Assembly (NCBI GenBank): GCA_964016885.1
Contig: OZ024762.1
Location: 23,994,001-24,058,000, forward strand
DNA: 64,000 nucleotides
Source of the DNA: Eledone cirrhosa
Lineage: Eukaryota
Direction of reading: 5' to 3'
Position numbers and translations under genes: made by a program. Below are positions 40,888 through 53,783 of this stretch, piece by piece. The notes beneath the pieces were generated by a model. The model was not told the DNA's origin, ran no database searches, and saw nothing but the letters and a program-made list of their open reading frames with translations. Within the stretch, counting starts at the first letter, position 1; each line of letters starts with the position of its first letter.

Positions 40888-41263
40888 CACAAGTTGTGCC
40901 TTAAGCTGCACAAGTTGTGCCTTAAGCGGCACAAGTTGTGCCTTAAGCTGCACAAGTTGTGCCTTAAGCGGCACAAGTTGTGCCTTAAGCTGCACAAGTT
41001 GTGCCTAAAGTGGCACAAGTTGTGCCTTAAGCGGCACAAGTTGTGCCTAAAGTGGCACAAGTTGTGCCTTAAGATGCACAAGTTGTGCCTAAAGTGGCAC
41101 AAGTTGTGCCTTAAGCGGCACAAGTTGTGCCTTAAGCGGCACAAGTTGTGCCTAAAGCGGCACAAGTTGTGCCTAAAGTGGCACAAGTTGTGCCTTAAGC
41201 GGCACAAGTTGTGCCTTAAGCTGCACAAGTTGTGCCTTAAGCTGCACATGTTGTGCCTTAAGC
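40888..41263. repeat. 20/21-bp array of short palindromes, ~18 copies
   Basis: Unit gcacaagttgtgc-cttaag-ct/cg. Confidence 0.9.
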
Positions 41264-41347
41264 TGCTACTTGGAACAGCTAACATGATAAAAGGTTTTTA
41301 GACAGAAAAACAAATTCTAGCTAAGGTTTTCAAATGACTTTGAAAAT

Positions 41348-41760
41348 AATTGTTTCTACTTTTGGCACAAGGCCAGCAATTACCACGGTGTATAACTGGT
41401 ACTTTATTTTATCAACCCCGTAAAGATGAAAGGCAAAGTTAACCTCGACGGGATTTGAACTCAGATCATAAAGGGCCGTAACTCTGTACTGCAAAGCATG
41501 GCGTCCGACCTTCTACCGAACTGGCAATCACGTTGAAAATAATCAAATATTGTAAGGATTTAGTTGTATAAACTTTCTCATTATTAAAATGTTGTTAATG
41601 GCGTTGAATGGGCAGCATCGGTAGAGCGTCGGACACCCTGCTCCGTAGCATAGTTACGGCTCTTTACGTTTGCCTTTTATCCTTACGGGGTCGATAAAAT
41701 AAAGTACCAGTTACGCACTCCCCAAAATTGCTGGCCTTGTGCCTAAATCAGAAACCGTTA
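41348..41760. mobile_element. Two SINE S1 copies (41348-41530 minus, 41610-41760 plus)
   Basis: Homology to S1. Confidence 0.8.
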
Positions 41761-41926
41761 TTAAAGTGGTGTTTGGAACATAACTTAACAAAGGTTCTTA
41801 CATATAATTATGAAGGTTCTTAGATAAATATGAATATAAACTTTTTTTTTTATTTGAAATTTAGCATCAACTTCGTTTGACTATGAAAAATATTCCAAAA
41901 AGTTGAACATTTAAGCCTCTAGAGAC

Positions 41927-42091
41927 CAGTACCAGATTTACCATTGCGCTTGGCTGTGATTAACCACAGGGCCACGTTGACCAGGTGGGGACATCTTCCT
42001 GCCCCAAAATTGTTTACCTCCTTTAGGGCCCGAGTAAGGGCCCTCATAACTTAACTAGCACAGGACCTCATTTGTCCTAAATCCGTCACTG
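41927..42091. mobile_element. hAT-like MITE with 8-bp TSD
   Basis: ctagagac|CAGTACCAGATTTA...TAAATCCGTCACTG|ctagaaac. Confidence 0.7.
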
Positions 42092-42332
42092 CTAGAAACA
42101 GAAAAAAAAATGTGTAGGGCCCCACCCGTATATTGCAAATGTGAGTTCGAACTCTACAGATGGTGGTGTACCTATTTTTTCCGTCTTTATGGTTTATATA
42201 TTCAACTTATTGAAATATTTTTCTGTCATAAGGATTTCCACTCTAGGCACAAGGTCAGCATTTCGTGGCTCTATTTGACGAGCTCTACTTCCATTCGGTA
42301 AACGAATGAGGTTTGGAATCTTATTGATTAGG

Positions 42333-42746
<414 letters not shown>

Positions 42747-42962
42747 ATATATTTAGTCAGTTTCTACATGCTGTCGAAATGTTGGATAAATACTCGACTG
42801 AGGCCGCCGCGAAGAGGCTACGTTCGGTTATTTGTCGGAGATTTCTCCATAAGAGCATTTATTCTTATAGCTTGTTCTAATTGTTTTTTTATATGGTTAA
42901 TTATGCTAATTAGAAGAAGAAATAGTATATATTTTATCTGATGATTCTAAAGACATGATTTA

Positions 42963-43037
<75 letters not shown>

Positions 43038-43039
<2 letters not shown>

Positions 43040-43530
43040 TGCCTTTGCTCACTATAAAAGCTTCACGGCACAGGCACTGCTTTATATCTGGAGATCTCTC
43101 TGCACTTGTCGTCACATGGTACAATGGGCCCAGCACTATGTGTCAATAATTGTCACAAGTGTAGTGTTTGTACCAGAGTTTTCAAGTCGCTGGCTGGACT
43201 AAAAAGTCACACTTGTTCAGCACATCGGTAGGGGTTCTCCTACATGGATATAAAGTAGTGGCCGTACTCGAAAACGAGTTGGCAGCCACCATATATGTGT
43301 GTGTGTTGATTGCAACTTCTTGTCAGAAGAGTGCCATCCCTTCATTGAACATTTGACGATCATGTGCACGCAGGTATGTTGACAGATGTCACACTTGAAC
43401 TGTCTGGCCCCTGGCAATACTGGCTAGGGTCTGTCTTTATGCATTCTACCATGTCTGCCCAGTTCACCCGCTGACTTGCAAATGAAGCCACACTCACTGC
43501 AAATGTACTGAGGAGTGTGTGGCGGTAGAA
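43038..43530 (-). mobile_element. Dispersed repeat, probably a LINE 3' end with decayed C2H2 fingers (UTR copy at 51645-52050, plus strand)
   Basis: CSECGFICKSAGELGRHGRMH and FKCDIC motifs with stops/frameshifts; downstream ~250 bp repeated inverted at 51645-51900. Confidence 0.55.
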
Positions 43531-45534
43531 CCCCCTTATATATATATATATATATGTATGTATATGTGTGTGTGTGTGTGTATGTATATATAATTGTTTC
43601 TACTTTTGGCACAAGGCCAGCAAATACCCAGTACATTACTGGTACTTTATTTTATCGACCCCGTAAAGATGAAAGGCAAAGTTAACCTCGGTGGGATTTG
43701 AACTCAGAATGGCAAGGGCCTGTATATCATGTGTGTGTAAAAGGTAAACAGAAATAACAACACAAACGGTACAGTATATGGAAGCAATATATTAGTTTAA
43801 TGCTTGAAATAGCAGGAAGAGGGTCCTACCGTTTTGGATGCTAGTCTTTCATCAGAAAAAAGGAGGAGAAATTAGAAAGATTGAGAGGACTGGCAGGGCG
43901 GAAACGGATGTATATATTTAATATAGAAATGGCTTCTACAAGACTAGAACTGTTTCATTTGGGAGAAATCATCAGGAACTTCGCTTGAACCCGGGATAAA
44001 CATATATATATGTGTATGGGCGTTGTTAAATTGATAGATTGACTATGAAGGAGTGACGCTTGAGCTATGAAATCTCTTCTTATTAGTGACAGCATTGCTT
44101 CTTCACAGGGACTATGTAGAGAAATGAACCTCATTTGGTCATTCCATGAGAGTATCTTAGTCAGCCTATAAACTTTTTCGTCGACCCTCATTTATAACAT
44201 TTTATTATCATTATTATTTTTTACAGTTTTGTTTTTTAAATTTTATTTTCTCGGAAAGTCTTTTTTTAAAAATTATTATTCAAAATACTTTAGTAATCTA
44301 CATAATTAGTGTAAAGAAATTAGTCTTTTAATCAATGTCTTGCTGCTGTGCTTGAGGGTATGTTATATTTTCACAAGATTATTAGTTTTGGCTGTCTAGA
44401 GTTAAAAGACAAAATTTCAACAAAAAATTAAACCAAAAATCACAAAATACTTTAGTTCATAAGCAACCATCTTTTGAAAAGATATGTCTCAGTGATAAAT
44501 ATTTCATATAATGATTTTAAAAATACTTGACTACAACTTCGATCTCAAATGTTTATATATATAGATATATATATATATACACACACGCGCGCATATACAC
44601 ACGTACACGCATATATACACGTACACGCATATATATATACACAACGCATTGCACTGCATCACCACCACTACCATCGCTGCACCATTTCGAACTAAACTAC
44701 ACCACACTTACACATGACGGCACAAACCACTTCACTACACCACACCACACCACACTTACACATCACGGCACAAACCACCACACTACACCACACCACACCA
44801 CACTTACACATCACGGCACAAACCACACCACACTACATCACACACATCAATATACAGACACAGCATACTACACTACACCGCTCCACACCTCACTATATAC
44901 TACACAAACCTAACCACGTCACAGTATTGAACCTATCCACACAAAACTTCACAACACTAAAGCACTCACACACACACTACACAACATACCACACACCACT
45001 ACACTACATCACACCACACTAAACTATACCATACTACATAGCACACACTACTACACTACATCACACCACACTAAACGATACCATACTACACACAACACAC
45101 CGCTACACTACATTACACCACACACAACACACCACTACACTACATCACATCACCACATACACACCAACACACCACACCACACGCACACATGCACTCACAC
45201 ACTATTTATATTTGTCCCTCTATATTATATTACAGTATATATATACATACACAGAAAAAGAAAGGGTGAAAAAGACACACACACAATTTTAAAATCCCCG
45301 CGATATCCCCTCCTCCAATATCTGTGTAAGGGTGGTAAATACGTTACAATAGTTAAATGAGAGTTACAGCCCTTGCATTATACCTCTTTAGTTTGGCCCA
45401 AAACTCACTCTGTCACTTCGTAACTCTCTTTCTCTCTATCTAAATATCTCTTTCTTTCTGTTACTGATATTTCTGTGTTTCTTAGTCCGTCTATGTGTAC
45501 GGTTTGTGTGTAGTCTGTCTGTATGTGTGTGTAA

Positions 45535-46520
45535 TACTAGTAGAATATAGTTTAAAGACTGGAGACGTGTGTGTTTACTGTGTGTGTGTGTGTAATACTA
45601 GTTGAATATAGTTTAAAGAATGGAGACGTGTGTGTTTGTGTAATACTAGTTGAATATAGTTTAAAGACTGGAGACGTGTGTGTTTACTGTGTGTGTGTCT
45701 GTGTAATATTAGTTGAATATAGTTTAAAGACTGGAGACGTGTGTGTGTAATATTAGTTGGGTAAAGTACAAGGTGTTCCCCCAAAATGTATACACAATTC
45801 AACAGCATTCTAATAAATATGTATACATTTTGGGGGGACACCCTGTAGTCTAAAGGCTGGAGACGTGTGTGTGTAATACTAGTTGAATATACAGGGTGTC
45901 CCCAAAAATGTATACACACTTCAACAACATTCTAATAAAGGTGTATACATTTTGGGGGGACACCCTGTAGTTTAAAAACTGGAGACGTGTGTGAGTGTGT
46001 GTAATACTATTTGTGATATAGTTTAAAGACTGGAGATGTGTGTAATATTAGTTGAATATAGTTGAAAGACTAGAGATGTGTGTGTGTTTAGTGTGTTTAC
46101 TGTGTGTAATGCTGGCTGAATATACAAGGTGTCCCAAAAAATGTGTACACAATTCAACAGCATTTTCATAAATATGTGTATACATTTTGCGGGGACATCC
46201 TGTAGTTTAAAGACTAGAGTCGTGTGTTTGTTTGTGTGTGTGTGTAATACTATTTGTGATATAGTTCAGAAATTGGAGATGTGTGTGTAATGATATTTGT
46301 GATATAGTTTATAGACCGGAGATGTGTGTGTTTTTAGTGTGTTTACTGTGTTTGTGTGTGTGTAATACTATTAGTAATATAGTTTAGAACGGGCATGTTT
46401 AACATGCCTGGTTTAGAGGCTGGAGATGTGAATGTGATACTAATGGTGATATAGTTTAAAACCTGGGGATGTGTGTGTGTGTGTGAAACTAGTTGTAATA
46501 TAGTTTAGAGGCTGGACATG
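45535..46520. repeat. Degenerate satellite (gtaatactagttgaatatagtttaaagactggagac + (TG)n) with three inserted CAGGGTGTCCC Tc1/mariner MITEs
   Basis: TA|CAGGGTGTCCCC...GGGGACACCCTG|TA at 45892-45967, also ~45769-45845 and ~46124-46202; further copies ~18004 and ~55691. Confidence 0.8.
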
Positions 46521-46704
46521 CATGAAAGTATCCGAAACGGGAAGACTCTCTTCCTACTATTTCAAGCATTAAACTAATATATTCCTTCCATGTACTGTTT
46601 TGTTATTTTTGTTTACCTTTTATATACAGACACACACACATATACATACATATATATATTCATATATATATATATATATTCATATATTTATAGATATATA
46701 TGAA

Positions 46705-47580
46705 TATCTTAGTCTTAGATTCTTCCGCACTGTTCAGTGCACCGAGCAGTAAGTACTCGCCAATGGTCACGATCTGCGGCAACCTTTTCGAGACCGTGCC
46801 AGGTGTTGTTGGCTGCCATCAGGTCCTTCCGGAATGCTCGTCGCTAGGTCTTCTCATATTATTTAAGGGCGGTGGATTGGCAGTATCGGTAGAAGGTTAC
46901 CACCAGCGGAGTCCAGTTCATCGCTGTTTTCGAATGCCGTTCATTTGGCAGATGCAGAATATGGCCAGCGTCCACAACTCGGTTCTCAGCAGGATCTCCT
47001 CGTGTCACACTCGGTCGCCCCAAGACACACGAAGGATCTTTTGTAGGCACCGCTGGTGGAAAACATTCAGCCCTCTCTCTATTTTTGCCGTACTCTTCCA
47101 GGTCTCGCTCGCATAAAGCACTGTCGGCAGCACGATGGTCTTGTACAGGCGGAGCTAGGTCTTGGTGCTAATGCATGAAGACGACCAGACTGGACACAGC
47201 CGCTGTAAAACTGCGGCTCCTCTGCCGATCCGTCAGTTGATGTTGAGCTCCGCATCGCCGCTGCTTGTCAGGATGCTGTCCAGATAGGTGAAGTGATCGA
47301 CTTCCTCGAGGTCCTGTTGGTTGACTCTGATCACTGGACCTGTGTTGCTGGCCGTTCTCATGACCTTCGTCTTTTTCGTGTTGATTCTCAGGCCGATCTT
47401 TTCCGCCCTCTCTTGTAGGGAAGTTGTTAGGGTCTGCAGATCTGCACTGTTTTCAGCGACCAAAGCGATGTCGTCGACGAATGCCAGGTCCCTCAGCCTC
47501 GACTGCCCTCTCCATGGGATTCCTCGACCGGGTCCTTCATCCATTCGCCTTAGTACGAAATTGGTTGCCAGCAGGAACAA
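46705..47580 (-). mobile_element. GC-rich RTE-clade LINE 3' fragment with RT core
   Basis: LFLLA..FV...LRDLAFVDDIAL...GLRINTKKTKVM...FTYL; (CTAAGA)n tail. Confidence 0.9.
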
Positions 47581-47617
47581 CAGTATATATATGCATGCAT
47601 ATGTGTGTGCGTGTGTG

Positions 47618-47672
<55 letters not shown>

Positions 47673-47755
47673 GTTTATCCCGGGTTCAATCGGGGGTAAC
47701 CACAGTAAGTAAGGTACTCAATACATAGCAGAGTATAAATGTTTAATATAGAAAT

Positions 47756-47806
47756 GGCTTCTACAGGACTAGAACTGTTTCATTTGGGAGAATTCATCAG
47801 GAAGCC
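47756..47806 (-). ncRNA. Type I hammerhead ribozyme motif, family B (intact)
   Basis: ggcttc-CTGATGA-att ctccca aat-GAAA-cag ttctagtc ctg-TA-gaagcc; left arm of a palindrome ~47745-47862. Confidence 0.7.
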
Positions 47807-47861
47807 CTGATGATTTCTCCCGAATGAAACAGTTCTAGTCCTGTAGAAGCCATTTCTATAT

Positions 47862-47895
<34 letters not shown>

Positions 47896-47911
47896 GAAAG
47901 GCTTCTACAGT

Positions 47912-47950
<39 letters not shown>

Positions 47951-48355
47951 TGAGAGTGAGAGAGAGAGAGAGAGAGAGAGCAAAGGTACAAATGCAACTC
48001 TATTTGTATGTAGAGAGACTCTATAGGAGGGTATATGATTAAATGATTACCAAATAGTTATATACAAAGCTTAATGTATTTATGTAGTTATAGATGAAGA
48101 TATGAGAGATATTCTTCAGGTAAAATATACAGAAAGTTAGATATAAACACAGAACATATCCAACCAAAGAAAATGCTAGACTAAAGATCTTATCTCATAT
48201 CATTTAACATCTATATTCCCATGCTTGTTTATATATAAAGTAGGATAGAAGTCAGTGTTGCAGCATATAATATACAAACTTTGTCATATTACAACTGTTT
48301 CAATATCAACCAAAGAAAATGCTAGAATAAAGATCTTATCTCATATTATTTAACA

Positions 48356-48545
48356 GCGGTGGATTGGCAGTATTGGTAGAAGGTTGGACGCCATGCTTTG
48401 CAGCATAGAGTTACGCCCCTTTATAGTCTGAGTCCAAATGCCGCCAAGGTTCACTTTGCTTTCCATCATTACGGGGATGATAAAATAAAGTACCAGTAAT
48501 GTACTGAGGTAATTACTGGCCTTGTGCCAAAAGTAGAACCAATTA
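48356..48545 (+). mobile_element. SINE S1 with 11-bp TSD
   Basis: attatttaaca at 48345-48355 and 48542-48552; empty paralogous site at ~48200. Confidence 0.85.
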
Positions 48546-48585
48546 TTTAACACCTATATTTCCATGCTTGCTTATATATAAAGTA

Positions 48586-49808
48586 CTGTATTTCCCGGTG
48601 TCGAAGATGTTATTTTCCCCCTAAAATAAGTCTAAAAAATCTACCATGGGTCTTGGAGACTGAAGGTTGTTTATTATTTACCAGTAATACACTGGGTAAT
48701 TGCTGGCCTCGTGCCTAAAGTAGAAACAATTATTTATTTTTCAAAGGGCGGTGGATTGACAGTATCGGTAGAGAGTCGGACGCCATGCTTTCCAGCATAG
48801 TTACGTCCCTTTACGATCTGAGTTCAAATCCCGCCGAGGTTAACTTTGCCTTTCATCCTTACGGGGTCGATAAAATAAATTACCAGTAATACACTGGGTA
48901 ATTGCTGGCCTCGTGCCTAAAGTAGAAACAATTATTTATTTTTCAAAGGGCGGTGGATTGACAGTATCGGTAGAGAGTCGGACGCCATGCTTTCCAGCAG
49001 AGTTACGTCCCTTTACGATCTGAGTTCAAATCCCGCCGAGGTTATCTTTGCCTTTCATCCTTACGGGGTCGATAAAATAAAGTACCAGTAATACACTGGG
49101 TAATTGCTGGCCTTGTGCCTAAAGTAGAAACAATTATTTATTTTTCAAATCCCGCCGAGGTTGACTTTGCCTTTCATCCTTACGGGGTCGATAAAATAAA
49201 GTACCAGTAATACACTGGGTAATTGCTGGCCTCGTGCCTAAAGTAGAAACAATTATTTATTTTTCAAATCCCGCCGAGGTTGACTTTGCCTTTCATCCTT
49301 ACGGGGTCGATAAAATAAAGTACCAGTAATACACTGGGTAATTGCTGGCCTTGTGCCTAAAGTAGAAACAATTATTTATTTTTCAAATCCCGCCGAGGTT
49401 GACTTTGCCTTTCATCCTTACGGGGTCGATAAAATAAAGTACCAGTAATACACTGGGTAATTGCTGGCCTTGTGCCTAAAGTAGAAACAATTATTTATTT
49501 TTCAAATCCCGCCGAGGTTAACTTTGCCTTTCATCCTTACGGGGTCGATAAAATAAATTACCAGTAATACACTGGGTAATTGCTGGCCTTGTGCCTAAAG
49601 TAGAAACAATTATTTATTTTTCAAATCCCGCCGAGGTTGACTTTGCCTTTCATCCTTACGGGGGCGATAAAATAAAGTACCAGTAATGCACTGGGTAATT
49701 GCTGGCCTTGTGCCTAAAGTAGAAACAATTATTTATTTTTCAAATTTTGGTTGTCAAAATTAGGGTGAGTTCTCGAGGACGAAACGTCTTCAGCCCCGGG
49801 AAATACAG
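48586..49808. mobile_element. Tc1/mariner (Tc2/pogo-like) MITE carrying a SINE S1 tandem array (48680-49745)
   Basis: TA|CTGTATTTCCCGG...CCGGGAAATACAG|TA; inside are two 201-bp units and five 119-bp units. Confidence 0.8.
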
Positions 49809-50251
49809 TAAGTAGGATGAAAGTTAGTGTTGCAGCATATATACACACTTTGTTGACATATTACAACTGTCTTGATATCAATCAGCCCGGGGTAGAATCA
49901 TAATTGTTTCTACTTTAGTGAAGGCAAGAGGAAAGTCGATTAAATCAACCCCTAGTGTATTACTGATACTTTATTTTATCGCCCCCGTAAGGAGAAAAGG
50001 TAACGTTAACCTCGGCTGGATTTGAAAAATAAATAATTGTTTCTACTTTAGGCACAAGGCCAGCAATTACCCAGTGCATTACTGGTACTTTATTTTATCG
50101 ATCCCGTAAGGATGAAAGGCAAAGTCAACCTCGGCGGGATTTGAACTCAGAGAGCAGATAGCCGAAACGAATGCCGCAAAACATTCTATCTGACGTTCTA
50201 ACAACTCTGCCAAGTCGTTGGCTTCTCTGTAGTTCTAGATAGGCGGCAAAT

Positions 50252-50860
50252 TGGCAGAGTGGTTAGAACGTCAGATAGAATGGCAGAGTGGTTAGAACGT
50301 CAGATAGAATGGCAGAGTGGTTAGAACGTCAGATAGAATGGTAGACTGGTTAGAACGTCAGATAGAATGGCAGAGTGGTTAGAACGTCAGATAGAATGGC
50401 AGAGTGGTTAGAACGTCAGATAGAATGGCAGAGTGGTTAGAACGTCAGATAGAATGGCAGAGTGGTTAGAACGTCAGATAGAATGGTAGACTGGTTAGAA
50501 CGTCAGATAGAATGGCAGAGTGGTTAGAACGTCAGATAGAATGGCAGAGTGGTTAGAACGTCAGATAGAATGGCAGAGTGGTTAGAACGTCAGATAGAAT
50601 GGCAGAGTGGTTAGAACGTCAGATAGAATGGTAGAGTGGTTAGAACATCAGATAGAATGGCAGAGTCGTTAGAACGTCAGATAGAATGGTAGAGTGGTTA
50701 GAACGTCAGATAGAATGGCAGAGTGGTTAGAACGTCAGATAGAATGGTAGAGTAGTTAGAACGTCAGATAGAATGGTAGAGTGGTTAGAACGTCAGATAG
50801 AATGGTAGAGTAGTTAGAACGTCAGATAGAATGGTAGACTGGTTAGAACGTCAGATAGAA
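50252..50860 (+). repeat. 21x 29-bp array of a SINE 5' head (A-box) inside SINE 50240-50975
   Basis: Unit tggcagagtggttagaacgtcagatagaa; single B box gagttcaaatc follows at ~50897. Confidence 0.9.
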
Positions 50861-51057
50861 TGTTCTATGGTACTCGTTCCGGCTCTCTGCTCTCTGAGTT
50901 CAAATCACGTCGAGGCCAACTTTCCCTTTCATTCTTTCGTGGGCAATCAAAAAGTACCAGTCTCGTACTGGGCTCGATTCTTCCTCTATATCTCTTTATC
51001 ATTTCCTCTCTCTCTCTTTCTATCTTTCTCTGGAAGAAATCTGCTGTACTCAGGCTT

Positions 51058-51545
51058 GGAGAGGGATGGGCTCCACCAGGTCAGGCCTGGAGATGGATGG
51101 GCTCCACCAGGTCAGGCCAGGAGAGGGATAGGCTCCACCAGGTCAGACCTGGAGAGGGATGGGCTCCACCAGGTCAGGCCAGGAGGGGGGTGGGCTCCAC
51201 CAGGTCAGGCCAGGAGAGGGATGGGCTCCATCAGGTCAGACCTGGAGAGGGATGGGCTCCACCAGGTCAGGCCAGGAGGGGGGTGGGCTCCACCAGGTCA
51301 GGCCAGGAGAGGGATGGGCTCCACCAGGTCAGACCTGGAGAGGGATGGGCTCCACCAGGTCAGACCTGGAGAGGGATGGGCTCCACCAGGTCAGACCTGG
51401 AGAGGGATGGGCTCCACCAGGTCAGACCTGGAGAGGGATGGGCTCCACCAGGTCAGACCTGGAGAGGGATGGGCTCCACCAGGTCAGACCTGGAGAGGGA
51501 TGGGCTCCACCAGGTCAGGCCAGGAGGGGGTGGGCTCCGCCAGGC
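51058..51545. repeat. 31-bp GC-rich minisatellite, ~16 copies
   Basis: Unit ggagagggatgggctccaccaggtcagacct. Confidence 0.95.
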
Positions 51546-52358
51546 TTAAAATGCCCAAGAAATGCTGTATATTAATATAGCGCCTCTACGACTCTATCAG
51601 GAGTTACGGGACTATATTTACATACATACATACATATATATATATATGGTGGCTGCCAACTAGTTTTCGAGTATGGCCACTACTTTATATCCATGTAGGA
51701 GAACCCCTACCGATGCGCTGAACGAGTGTGACTTTTTAGTCCAGCGAGCGACTTGAAAACTCTGGTACAAACACTTCACTTGTGACAATTATTGACACAT
51801 AGTGCTGGGCCCATGGTACCATGTGAGGACAAGTGCAGAGAGATCTCCAGATATAAAGCAATGCCTGTGCCGTGAAGCTTTTATAGTGAGCAAAGGCACT
51901 GCACAAAGCCAGTCCCACTCTCTTAACCAAGATGATATTTACCAAAAAGAAGAACAAGTCAACATCATTGGATACCATCAGGGTTGCAGGTGTTATATCA
52001 GAGTTTTCCTTCTCCTAGAATTCTGCCTTGACAAAGGCTAAGGAGTCATCTCTCCCGGACATGCATACATACATACATATATTTACATACATACATACAT
52101 ACATATATATATATACATACATACATATATACACACAAACACACATTATATCATCATATCATCTCATTTCATCTGAGCCAACTTTCAGATCGAACTAATA
52201 CCAGATGTGACACTCCAACACCAGATGTCTCACACACCACCACACACCACCACCACCATTCATATATCTGTTACAGTCATCAGACCTGGATCACTTTTGA
52301 AGTCTCTCAATGAAGTTATAAATTATTGGTTTCCCACGGTTTCCTTGCCCTTGTACTG

Positions 52359-52372
52359 GTTGCCACGGTAAC
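52359..52372. promoter_or_regulatory. RFX X-box-like motif
   Basis: GTTGCCACGGTAAC in a unique island. Confidence 0.35.
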
Positions 52373-52418
52373 ACATTTCAGGCGATTTCCTCAGGATGTC
52401 TCATTCAATGTCCTGCTA

Positions 52419-52465
<47 letters not shown>

Positions 52466-52541
52466 GTGTATGTGTGTGTGTGTGTGTGTATATTATGTAT
52501 GTATCCTGGTATGAAAACCAGGAAGACCACTTCATTAATAT

Positions 52542-52598
<57 letters not shown>

Positions 52599-52804
52599 GT
52601 GTGTGCGTATTCGTGAATGAATAATAGCATAACATTATTAATATTCAGTTTGTTTACAAGTAAACAGCCTCATAAAACACCATGTGGTAGATGACATCAT
52701 ATATATATGTATATCAAATGAATATAATTAACCACGTTTAAATTAGATTAAATTATTTAATTGATTTACAAATGTTTCTATCAATACAGTAAGAAGTTCC
52801 ATTT

Positions 52805-53783
52805 TTTGTGAACACCAACTTTTACACTAAATTCATCACAATATTCATTGTTAATTCTAACCTTACTGACTGTTTCATTATACATAGCTTGTATAGCTCT
52901 CACAAGCCATTCATCTACACCTAGTTTTCTAAGAGCCCACCAGATAATGGAGCGGGGGACTCTGTCAAAGGCTTTTTCCAGGTCTACAAAAGCTAAGTAG
53001 AGGGGTTTACTTTTAGCTAGGTACTTCTCTTGTAGTTGTTGTACAAGGAAAAGAGTGTCTGTGGTACCTGACACAAACCCAAACTGCATTTCATCTAGAT
53101 CAATTTGCTCTCTGATTAGTTGCGCTATAACTCTTTCTGTGACCTTCATGACCTGGTCAACTAACTTAATGCCTCTATAGTTTCCTCTATCTAGAGCATC
53201 TCTTTAACCCTTGTAGCAGTTAATGATGATGCTGCTACGCCAGTCTTTTGGTATGACCCCATTCTGTATTACTTGGTTAACTATATGGGTGACCATAGTA
53301 TGTCCCACCATTCCAGATGCCTTCAACATCTCAGCAACTATCTCTGAAGGCTCAGCTGCCTTGCCTGTCTTCATATCTTTGATTGCCTTACTTTTTATAC
53401 TACCTTTAACTTGCACCGCTGGTCCTTCTATTGGATCAATTTGGGGCAGACTCTTTTTCCCACTTATTCTTCTCATTTAATAGTCTCTCGTAGTGACACT
53501 TCCAGGCTATCTTCTTATCGGCATCAGTGAGGGCAAGTACACCGTTATCATTACGGACCCACTTCTCCCCGACAATATCATGGTTTTCCTTGACACATTG
53601 TCTAGCAATCCTGAACACCTCACGTTTTTGGTCCTCACGTTGTAGAACATGCTTGAACTTTCTATCCTCTGCTTCCCTTTTTGCAAGGTACACTTGTCTC
53701 CTAGCTTTTCTCCTGGCCACTTGATAGTGCTCTCTACTTCCCCCATCCTACCATACTTTCCAAGCCTGCTTTTTGGCCTTGAT
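52805..53783 (-). pseudogene. RTE LINE ORF fragment, RT N-terminal region, frameshifted
   Basis: KGDALDRGNYRGIKL, QFGF, FVDLEKAFDRVPR, WALRKLGV, VGVH motifs split over frames. Confidence 0.9.

Noticed and set aside
43217-43636. C2H2 zinc-finger gene
   Set aside because: Fingers are broken by stops/frameshifts and attached to a dispersed repeat UTR; more likely a LINE C-terminus
45535-46520. CRISPR-like repeat-spacer appearance
   Set aside because: Spacers are (TG)n tracts or MITEs; eukaryotic context, no cas genes
50252-50860. 29-bp repeats as CRISPR or tRNA gene array
   Set aside because: Head-to-tail without spacers; only the SINE A-box portion, no cloverleaf
50831-51580. 249-aa repetitive ORFs
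   Set aside because: 31-bp minisatellite open in all three frames
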